Assembly: GCA_031291955.1 (NCBI GenBank)
Contig: JARLIA010000014.1
Location: forward strand, 666-64,665
Length of the DNA stretch: 64,000 nt
Direction: 5' to 3'
Source of the DNA: Minisyncoccota bacterium
GTDB lineage: Bacteria; Patescibacteriota; Minisyncoccia; Moranbacterales; UBA2206
A program made the translations under genes and the position numbers. The notes under the pieces were generated by a model. It made no database searches. It saw nothing but the letters and a program-made list of their open reading frames with translations, and was not told the DNA's origin. Below, piece by piece: positions 56,350-64,000 of the stretch (the stretch's first letter is position 1; every line of letters begins with the position of its first letter).

Positions 56350-58467
56350 TCAAATGATTACTTTCACATCCACCGCTACACCCGACTTGCCATCATTATA
56401 TACAATTAACGGATTTATATCAAACTCTTTGATTTCCGGAAGCTCGACCGCCATAAGACAGATGCCAAGCAGTGTGCCGGCCAATTCTTCGAGATTATAA
56501 TTTTTCTGGCCGCGGGCATCCTGGAACAAAAATTTCAACTTGCCGGACAACAGCGATTCTTCGATCTCGCCGATACTCTCCGGCGGAACGAGATAATCCA
56601 CCATTTTGAGATATTCGGTGTAGATGCCGCCCAAACCATAAAGCACGACCGGCCCAAAAACAGAATCCAGTTTCACGCCGACAATAATTTCCAAACCGCC
56701 CGGCAGCATTGGCTGAACAACCAGGCGACTGCCAGGAAAATTGAAGCGCATATCATCAACCGCCTTTTCCAATTCTTTTTTATCCTGAATATTCAGAACC
56801 AAACCTTTTTTGTCAGTCTTGTGGAGAACTTGGTCGCTGTCCACTTTCAGAACGACTGGAAATTTAATCTTGGTCGGCAAGCTATTTTTCTCCGGCAAAA
56901 TATCCGTGCACTCGACAGTTTTGACGCCATATATTTCCATCAGCTCTCGAGCCTCGGAAAAATACAGAGCTTTCCGATTCTCAGCCTTAGCGCCGGCAAT
57001 AATTTTAGCCGCATATTCGCGCCGCTTGGGATTGATGACTTGCTCGGGTAATTTATTATTTTTTTCCCTGAGAAGAGTCCAGCGGTAGTAGCCATCAAGA
57101 GCGTTTATCAACTGCTCCGGAAATCCGAAGTTGGCAATTCCATTTTGACTCAGTTTTTTGATCGCTTCTTCCACCCTTTCCCCGCCCACAAAAACCGTGG
57201 CCAGGATTTTGTCCGTTTTGTGTTTGAAATCAATGATAACATCGGCAATTTTTCCAACCGGCGTCTGATCTTGCGGTGTCAAAGCGCAAATGATCGCGCC
57301 GACATCTTTGATTCCGGCCACTGTTTCCAAAGCTTTTTGGTAGCGGTCCTCGTGGGAATCGCCCAAAAGATCAATTGGATTTTCGACCGAAGATTCTTCC
57401 GGCAAAAACTCGCGCAGCATTTCCTTGACCTTTGGATCCAGATCGGCCAATTGCATCGATTTCCCGCTGAAAGCATCCGAAGTGAGCACTCCCACTCCAC
57501 CGGCATCGGTAATGACCACCGCTTGGGGGCCCGGCACCGTTTTAGAATTATGAATCAAATCGATAAGACTGAAAAATTCTTCGAGACTCCCGGCCCGAAG
57601 CACACCGGTTTTCTTGAAAACGGCCGAAGTGATCTCGTCTGAACCGGCCAGCGCCCCGGTGTGCGAGCTGATGGCTTTTTGGGCTTTTTCGTTCTTACCG
57701 GCTTTCAAAATCACGACCGGTTTCAGTTTGGAAACTTTCCGGGCGGCTTTTATAAAAGCTTGTCCATCTTTCACCGATTCCAAATACATCCCGATAACTT
57801 TGGTTTTTTCGTCGGTGGCCAAATATTCCAAAAGTTCCGTCTCGCTCAGTTGCATCTTATTGCCAATCGAAATGACGTGAGTAAACCCAAGATTCCTTTC
57901 TTTTGCGATATCCAAAAGCGCAACCGCCAAAGCCCCCGACTGCGAGACGAAAGAAATATTGCCCTTGGCCGGCATCCCGCCAGCAAATGAGGCGTTGAGT
58001 TTCACGCCCGGCATGATAATGCCAAGACAATTGGGACCAATGATGTGAAGGCTGTTAGCATTGGCCATTTCGGCCAGTTCCGCCTGGCGCGCCTTGCCGT
58101 CTTCCCCGATCTCGCCAAATCCGGCCGAAATGATGACATAATTTTTGACTTTAGCCGCGTTAGCTTTCACTTCGCCGTTCACAAACTTGGCCGGAATGGC
58201 CACCACCGCCAGATCCACCGGCTCGCTGATTTCCGCGAGACTATGGTAGCATTTTTGGCCAAAAATTTCCGTGTGTTTGGGATTGACCAAAAACACCTTG
58301 CCTTTATAGCCCAGCTCCAACGCGTTCTTGGCCAGAACGCTCCCGACCGTCCCTTCCTCCGGCGACGCCCCCACGATAGCGACGGATTGGGGACTAAAAA
58401 GTTTTTCGAGGTTCATAAATATTTTTGTTTTTAAATTAATTATAAATTTTTTACTACAGCATACCAT
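56350..58467 (-). CDS. ADP-forming acetyl-CoA synthetase (fused alpha/beta, NDP-forming acyl-CoA ligase)
   Basis: The CoA-binding N-terminus VAIVGAS and the ATP-grasp C-terminus are present. Confidence 0.75.
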   Translation of the reverse strand: MVCCSKKFIINLKTKIFMNLEKLFSPQSVAIVGASPEEGTVGSVLAKNALELGYKGKVFLVNPKHTEIFGQKCYHSLAEISEPVDLAVVAIPAKFVNGEVKANAAKVKNYVIISAGFGEIGEDGKARQAELAEMANANSLHIIGPNCLGIIMPGVKLNASFAGGMPAKGNISFVSQSGALAVALLDIAKERNLGFTHVISIGNKMQLSETELLEYLATDEKTKVIGMYLESVKDGQAFIKAARKVSKLKPVVILKAGKNEKAQKAISSHTGALAGSDEITSAVFKKTGVLRAGSLEEFFSLIDLIHNSKTVPGPQAVVITDAGGVGVLTSDAFSGKSMQLADLDPKVKEMLREFLPEESSVENPIDLLGDSHEDRYQKALETVAGIKDVGAIICALTPQDQTPVGKIADVIIDFKHKTDKILATVFVGGERVEEAIKKLSQNGIANFGFPEQLINALDGYYRWTLLREKNNKLPEQVINPKRREYAAKIIAGAKAENRKALYFSEARELMEIYGVKTVECTDILPEKNSLPTKIKFPVVLKVDSDQVLHKTDKKGLVLNIQDKKELEKAVDDMRFNFPGSRLVVQPMLPGGLEIIVGVKLDSVFGPVVLYGLGGIYTEYLKMVDYLVPPESIGEIEESLLSGKLKFLFQDARGQKNYNLEELAGTLLGICLMAVELPEIKEFDINPLIVYNDGKSGVAVDVKVII

Positions 58468-58522
58468 AATACTGCAGTGCTTTGGGAATGAGCTTGTTAA
58501 AATAAATTATTTAAAAACTATT

Positions 58523-59557
58523 TTATAACCTTTCTGTTTTTACGTCTCCAACCTTCTCCAAAATTTCTGTTTCCTTCAGCAAACCGTTGATCGCACCGTA
58601 GAATTGCACTTCATTGGCGGATTCGACGATGCCCCAGCGGAGACACTCTTGGATATCTTTGCCCTTAATGTAGGCCGCCAAGAACGCGCTGGCGAAAGCG
58701 TCGCCGGCTCCAGTAGTATCCAGCGCTTTAGTAACTAAGGCCGGCGCGTGGAAAGTATTTTGACCGTCCGTCGTCCAGGCGCCGCACATGCCGTCTGTCA
58801 GCGCTACGATTTTTACTTCTAAACTTTTTAATTTTTCCAAAAGATATTTTTCATCGTTCACATTTTCCGGATTCGCGTCAGTGTGCATATTGGAAACAAT
58901 CTCAATGGCTTCATCCTTGTTAACAAATAATATTTCGCAAAGACCAATGGCCTCGATGATTTCCGGCGCATCTTCGCGGATACCTGCTTCGCGCGGGTTG
59001 AAGGCCACTTTCTTATTTTCATTTTTCGCCAGTTCGAAAATAGTCTCCAACTCATCTTCCCATTTGCCATAAATGTCACTGACAAAAAACCAATCCGCTT
59101 CCCGCACTTTTTCCGCGTCCAAATCCAAACTGCCATCGGAATTTTTGTTGGTAAAAATCGTCCGCTCGCCGGAATTTTCATCGACAACGATGGCCGACAG
59201 GTCGCTTTTCCCACTCGCGGAAATTTTCATCAGATCGACACCGACACCCTCATTTTTCAACTCCTCCTTGGCCCAGTTGCCAATCATATCACTCCCCACA
59301 CTTGAAGCGCAGAAACTTTCCACACCCAGGCGCGTTAGCGCCACCGCCGCGTTGGCCGCGCAGCCGCCCAATGACTCATGTCTTTCGGCGACTTTCACTT
59401 TTGCTCCCAGTTCAAAGGCAATCTTTTTTTGACTCTCCAGATCTTCGGGCGTATCAATGATTTTCCCTTCAGCGGTCGGAAAAAAAATATCCTTGCCGGT
59501 CGAACCGAGGCACAAAACTTTAATCATGGTTGTAATTTTAACTTTTTTATTAAACAA
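58523..59557 (-). CDS. PfkB-family carbohydrate kinase
   Basis: The motif TTGAGDAFASAF is present. Confidence 0.75.
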   Translation of the reverse strand: MFNKKVKITTMIKVLCLGSTGKDIFFPTAEGKIIDTPEDLESQKKIAFELGAKVKVAERHESLGGCAANAAVALTRLGVESFCASSVGSDMIGNWAKEELKNEGVGVDLMKISASGKSDLSAIVVDENSGERTIFTNKNSDGSLDLDAEKVREADWFFVSDIYGKWEDELETIFELAKNENKKVAFNPREAGIREDAPEIIEAIGLCEILFVNKDEAIEIVSNMHTDANPENVNDEKYLLEKLKSLEVKIVALTDGMCGAWTTDGQNTFHAPALVTKALDTTGAGDAFASAFLAAYIKGKDIQECLRWGIVESANEVQFYGAINGLLKETEILEKVGDVKTERL

Positions 59558-61106
59558 TCAAAGAATTTCTATCCATCGCCCCCGGCTTTTCAATCTCCAA
59601 GATTTCTAAAATAGTCGGCGCGATATTTCCAAGGACTCCGCCGGGGAATAATTTTTTATTTTTAAATTTCTCGCCCGCTAACAGGAACGGCACCGGATTT
59701 TTAGTGTGGAATGTGTCCGACTGATTGGCCGTTTCGTCAAACATCACTTCCGCGTTGCCATGATCAGCTGTGATTATTATATCGCCGTTTCGTTTAAAAA
59801 CTTCTTTGGCCAAGACTTCGATTTGAGCATCCAAAACTTCGCAGGCTTTGACTGTTGCCGCCAAATCGCCGGTATGGCCGACCATATCGGCGTTAGCAAA
59901 GTTGACGGCGTAAAAATCATAGGCATTCTTTTGAATACTTTTGACCAAATGGGCGGTTATTTTGGTCGCCGCCATCTGGGGAATTTTGGCATAGGAATCG
60001 ATTTTCGGCGAGGTAATCATAACTCGGTCTTCGTCATTAACCGGGTCAGCATAACCGCCGTTCAAAAAATATGTAACGTGGGCAAATTTTTCCGTCTCGG
60101 CGATATAGAGCTGTTTCAGATTTCCTAAAGCCATCGGCAAAGTGCCCATCAAGGTGTGCTCCGGCCAAGCAGTGTGAACATCCAAGTCCGGTCCGAAATC
60201 GGTCAGAGCCGTAAAATACAGATTTTTAATATGATCAATAACCGGCATATCATCATTAATAACGCCGTTCTTATTGGAAGCCACAAACAGTTTGGTGATT
60301 TGCCTGGCCCGGTCGGATCGCAAATTAAAAAACACAATACTGTCATCTTCCTTGAGCTTGGCCACCGGTTGGCCATCCCCCACGATGACCGTCGGAAAGA
60401 GATATTCGTCCGTAAGCCCCTGAGTGTAAGCCTGGTCGATAGCCGCCTCGGGACTGGGTGCTGTCGCGCCGCGGGCAAATACCACAGCGTCATAAGCCTT
60501 GGTCAATCGGTCCCAGTTTTTGGACCGATCCATGCCATAGAAACGGCCAGAGAGAGTGGCAATCTTTCCAATGCCTTCTTCTTGTATAATTTTTTTAAAA
60601 TTCGCCAAGTGCGTCCGGGCGCTCCGCGGATAGGAATCGCGCCCGTCAGTAAACAGATGGCAATAGACTTCTTTTATGTCATGACGTTTGGCAAGTTTCA
60701 ATATCGCCCGGAAATGGTCCGGATCGCTATGCGGACTGTCACAATCCCCCATGAGACCCATAAGATGGAAATTTCCGCCACTGGCTTTAGCGTGGCTAAT
60801 CGCGCCCAAAAGAGCCGGGTTCATGAAAAAATTTCCATTGGCGATACTCTCGGTGATGTAATAGGAATCCTGCCGGGCGATCCGGCCGGCGCCGATATTC
60901 ATATGCCCCGCCTCCGACCCGCTCATTTTGTCGTCTTCCAATCCCACATCCTTTCCCGTCGCTCCCAATTCAGTGTGCGGATGCATCTCAAACAGCCGAT
61001 CCAAAACCGGCCGCCGCGACAAAGTCACGGCATTATATTTGCTTGGGGGTGCAATACCGTAACCGTCAAGGATAATTAGGAGAGTTGGTGTTTTTATTTT
61101 AGCCAT
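59550..61106 (-). CDS. gpmI: 2,3-bisphosphoglycerate-independent phosphoglycerate mutase
   Basis: The segments LLIILDGYG and ITADHGN are present. Confidence 0.9.
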   Translation of the reverse strand: MAKIKTPTLLIILDGYGIAPPSKYNAVTLSRRPVLDRLFEMHPHTELGATGKDVGLEDDKMSGSEAGHMNIGAGRIARQDSYYITESIANGNFFMNPALLGAISHAKASGGNFHLMGLMGDCDSPHSDPDHFRAILKLAKRHDIKEVYCHLFTDGRDSYPRSARTHLANFKKIIQEEGIGKIATLSGRFYGMDRSKNWDRLTKAYDAVVFARGATAPSPEAAIDQAYTQGLTDEYLFPTVIVGDGQPVAKLKEDDSIVFFNLRSDRARQITKLFVASNKNGVINDDMPVIDHIKNLYFTALTDFGPDLDVHTAWPEHTLMGTLPMALGNLKQLYIAETEKFAHVTYFLNGGYADPVNDEDRVMITSPKIDSYAKIPQMAATKITAHLVKSIQKNAYDFYAVNFANADMVGHTGDLAATVKACEVLDAQIEVLAKEVFKRNGDIIITADHGNAEVMFDETANQSDTFHTKNPVPFLLAGEKFKNKKLFPGGVLGNIAPTILEILEIEKPGAMDRNSLIV

Positions 61107-61232
61107 TCCAAGAAAATTTTAAAGGCTAAATTTAAAATTTTAAATCAAATCTGAATGATTAAATTTAAAATTAAAACATTTAGTAATTTAAAATTTATTT
61201 TAAATTTCAAATTTCAAATTGAAAATTATCCG
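61107..61232. repeat. AT-rich palindrome-rich spacer ending in ATTGAAAATTATCC
   Basis: It contains the 18-nt perfect palindrome aatttaaaattttaaatt and the near-palindrome aatttaaaatttattttaaatt. Confidence 0.5.
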
Positions 61233-62485
61233 AGTTCTTCCTCTATCCTCAACAATCGATTATACTTGCAAATTCTTTCTCCGCGGCTTAATGATCCTGA
61301 TTTCATATATTCCGCCCCGACACCGACCGCCAAATCGGAAATGAAATCGTCGGTCGTTTCGCCGCTCCGATGCGAAATCACGATTTTCATTTTGTTCTTC
61401 TGCGCGAGTTTTATGCAATCAATCGTTTCACTGAGCGAGCCGATCTGATTGACTTTGATGAGCACGGCGTTGCAAGCTTTTTCGGCAATGGCCGTTTTCA
61501 ATCTTTTGACATTGGTCACAATGAGATCGTCACCAATGGTCATCACCCGACCGCCGATTTTCTCGTTCATAGCCCGCCAGCCTTCCCAGTCTTCTTCATT
61601 CAATCCATCTTCCACCGAGATGACGTTATATTTATCGATCCATTCGTTATAAATATTCACTAGCATCTCGCGGGTCAGCGTCGAGTTTTCGGGTTTAAAA
61701 ACATAGCGATCTTCATCTTTCCTGAAAAAAGAATTGGCCGCCGCGTCCAACCCCACCGCCGCTTCGCTGCCGTTTTTATAACCCGCCTTTTCAATAGCCG
61801 CGTTAATAAGCTCCAGCGCCTGGGCATTGCTCTCCAGCTTCGGCGCAAATCCGCCTTCGTCACCCACTGAAGTGGAATAACCCGCGGACGCCAAAATACC
61901 AGAAAGGTTATGAAAAATTTCGCTGCCGGCCCGCAGTTGTTCTGCGAAAGTTTTGATGCCGCGCGGAACCAGTTTGTATTCCTGAATAGACAGTCCCGAG
62001 TCACTATGCTTACCGCCGTTTATGATGTTGAACATCGGCATCGGAAGGGTGAATTTTTTACCGGGAAACTTGAAAGTCTTTTTAAGGTAAGCGTAAAGCG
62101 GCATCCCGTTTTCAATGGACGCCGCTCTGGCTGCCGCCAGCGACACGCCCAAAATGGCGTTGGCGCCAAGAGTTGATTTATTTTCCGTCCCGTCAAGTCT
62201 AATCATCGTCTCGTCGATCTTTTTTTGCTCAGAAACTTCCATTCCAACAATAGCCTCGGTGATTTTCGTGTTAACGTTTTCCACGGCACTTCGCACGCCC
62301 AACCCTTCATAACGATGCGGATCGCCGTCACGGAGTTCCAAAGCTTCATACGTCCCAGTTGATGCCCCGGAAGGCACCGCCGCCATGGTTTTTATTCCTG
62401 ATTCCAATTCAATTTCCACCTCGACCGTCGGATTGCCCCGCGAGTCCAAGATTTCACGAGCATAGATCTTTTTGATTTTTGACAT
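61226..62485 (-). CDS. eno: Enolase
   Basis: The N-terminus ILDSRGNPTVEV is present. Confidence 0.95.
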   Translation of the reverse strand: MSKIKKIYAREILDSRGNPTVEVEIELESGIKTMAAVPSGASTGTYEALELRDGDPHRYEGLGVRSAVENVNTKITEAIVGMEVSEQKKIDETMIRLDGTENKSTLGANAILGVSLAAARAASIENGMPLYAYLKKTFKFPGKKFTLPMPMFNIINGGKHSDSGLSIQEYKLVPRGIKTFAEQLRAGSEIFHNLSGILASAGYSTSVGDEGGFAPKLESNAQALELINAAIEKAGYKNGSEAAVGLDAAANSFFRKDEDRYVFKPENSTLTREMLVNIYNEWIDKYNVISVEDGLNEEDWEGWRAMNEKIGGRVMTIGDDLIVTNVKRLKTAIAEKACNAVLIKVNQIGSLSETIDCIKLAQKNKMKIVISHRSGETTDDFISDLAVGVGAEYMKSGSLSRGERICKYNRLLRIEEELG

Positions 62486-62504
62486 AGAATTTATTCCTTA
62501 ACTT

Positions 62505-63548
62505 TTAACTTGAGCGAAGCGCCTCGATCCCCGGCATTTTTTCTCCTCCCAGATAGGAAAGCATCGCCCCGCCACCGGTGGAAACGAAGGAAATTTTATC
62601 CATCGCGTCATTTTTCTCCAGCACTTCCAGCGTTTCGCCGCCGCCGACCACTGTGTACGCGCCGGATTGGATGACCGCCTCCAAAACCGCATTGGTGCTG
62701 ACAGCGAATTTTTCTTCTTCGAATTTTCCAGTTGGCCCGTTCCAAACGATCGTTTTGGCTGATTTTATTATATCTGAAAATTTATTTATCGTTTCCGGCC
62801 CGACGTCAAAATGATCCTCGGCAAAGTCAGTCGGCAAAATAACTTTTTCGGAGAAAGTCATATTTTTTTCCAAGGCTTCATTGGCAATCTTCCCGCCAAC
62901 CAAAACATGATCATATTTCTCATCGAAGAATTTGATAACCGACAGCTTCGTCTCGATCTTAGCCCCGCCGATGATCGCCACCGCCGGCCGGGCGTAATCC
63001 CGCATCAATTTCTCCATTTCTTCGATTTCTTTTTGCAACTGGAACCCGGCAAAACTCGGCAAAAATTTTGTGATGCCGGTCACCGATGCTTGGTCGCGAT
63101 GACAAACGCTAAAAGCGTCGTTTATGAAAACGTCAAAACCGGCCGCCAATTTCTCCGCAAACTCTTCGTTATTAGATTCGTCACCGGAATAGAAGCGCAC
63201 ATTTTCCAAAAGTAAGACTTCTTTATCAGATGCCTTTTCCAATCCATCAGCTACTTTCTCGCCCAAACAATCAGAAATAAAATTGATTTTCACGCCCAAC
63301 GACTCCGCCACGTCCGGCACGAGCTGCTCCAAGGAAAAATCCGGATCAACTTTCCCTTCGGGCCGGCCAAAGTGGGAAAGTAATGCTATTTTACAGTTCT
63401 TGCTCAAGAGATAATTCACCGTTTCTTTGGCCGCCTCAATCTTGAATTTCTCTTTTACCCGACCATTCTCCACTGCCACGTTAAAGTCTACTCGTAAAAG
63501 AATTTTTTTATTCTCCATTTCCGCGTCTTGTATTTTTTTGATATCCAT
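62505..63548 (-). CDS. pgk: Phosphoglycerate kinase (short form)
   Basis: The segments LRVDFNV, NDAFSVCHR and GGGAML are present. Confidence 0.8.
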   Translation of the reverse strand: MDIKKIQDAEMENKKILLRVDFNVAVENGRVKEKFKIEAAKETVNYLLSKNCKIALLSHFGRPEGKVDPDFSLEQLVPDVAESLGVKINFISDCLGEKVADGLEKASDKEVLLLENVRFYSGDESNNEEFAEKLAAGFDVFINDAFSVCHRDQASVTGITKFLPSFAGFQLQKEIEEMEKLMRDYARPAVAIIGGAKIETKLSVIKFFDEKYDHVLVGGKIANEALEKNMTFSEKVILPTDFAEDHFDVGPETINKFSDIIKSAKTIVWNGPTGKFEEEKFAVSTNAVLEAVIQSGAYTVVGGGETLEVLEKNDAMDKISFVSTGGGAMLSYLGGEKMPGIEALRSS

Positions 63549-63579
63549 ATTTGTTTTAATTTAATAATTGAAAATTATC

Positions 63580-64000
63580 CTAGTGTATCCGCCCCATCCC
63601 CAAAATTTCAATGATCACGCCCATCATAGCCATAACCCAGGTAAATATCCAGGCGCGCATGGTCACCTTCGTCTCCGGCCAACCCTTGGCTTCAAAGTGG
63701 TGATGAAGCGGCGCGGCCAGAAAAACTTTCTTGCCGAAATAGCGTTTACTGATCAGCTGGATGACAACCGAACCGGACTCCAGGATATAAAGAAGAGTAA
63801 TTATAAAAAGCGGAATGACAGAATTAGTGAGCATCGCAATCACTCCAAGTGTCGCCCCCATCGAAACCGCTCCCGTGTCGCCCATAAAGAAACGAGCCGG
63901 ATAAATATTAAACCAAAGAAACGCCAAAAGCGCCCCGGAAAGCGCCGCGCAAAAAGCGGCCAGGTCCATTTTGTTCTGCAAGAACGAAATAACAGAGAAT
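63580..64000 (-). CDS. mraY: Phospho-N-acetylmuramoyl-pentapeptide transferase MraY, C-terminal part; N-terminus lies beyond the window
   Basis: The segment MGDTGAVSMGATLG...LAAPLHHHFE is present. Confidence 0.75.
   Translation of the reverse strand, partial: FSVISFLQNKMDLAAFCAALSGALLAFLWFNIYPARFFMGDTGAVSMGATLGVIAMLTNSVIPLFIITLLYILESGSVVIQLISKRYFGKKVFLAAPLHHHFEAKGWPETKVTMRAWIFTWVMAMMGVIIEILGMGRIH

Overview
This 64-kb window looks like a Candidate Phyla Radiation (Patescibacteria) genome segment. It is AT-rich, almost every gene is on the minus strand, and it encodes many secreted or membrane low-complexity proteins. The 16S rRNA gene runs from about 44871 to 47348 on the minus strand. It is about 2.48 kb long because it carries a group-I-type intron of roughly 860 bp with an in-frame LAGLIDADG homing endonuclease. 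It also carries a second insertion of about 160 nt in the helix-40 loop. That second insertion is built from AT-rich inverted TTGAAAAT/ATTTTCAA repeats, and related repeats recur in intergenic spacers at 585-718, 51281-51335, 61107-61232 and 63549-63580. No 23S gene follows the 16S.

The gene content falls into several groups:
- Cell wall and division: murG, ftsW, PBP1A, mltG and mraY.
- Translation: trmD, a KH-domain protein, aspS and serS.
- Glycolysis: ADP-forming acetyl-CoA synthetase, a PfkB kinase, gpmI, eno and pgk.
- Nucleic-acid enzymes: recJ and rnhA.
- Surface polysaccharide module: a 1236-aa beta-helix/tail-fibre-like protein, a 1149-aa fusion of GH18-like, CE4 deacetylase and processive GT2 synthase domains, a free GH18 protein, and two paralog pairs of unknown secreted proteins.
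- Small operons: ArsR with a thioredoxin-like protein and an ArsP-like permease, a Fic protein, an HD hydrolase and a C1 peptidase.

The most unusual locus is a four-gene operon at 33407-37998, followed by a small ORF (33247-33429) that overlaps its last gene. A LexA-type repressor gene ends 1 nt before a 637-aa fused nuclease (HsdR-N-like PD-(D/E)xK) plus N6-adenine methyltransferase that resembles BcgI-A. An unknown 163-aa gene follows, then an HsdS specificity gene. No HsdR is present. A palindromic TTACGTAA-TTAA-TTACGTAA element sits directly in front of leaderless small genes nearby and looks like a local regulon operator. I could not run any homology searches, so all calls rest on motifs and domain architecture read directly from the translations.
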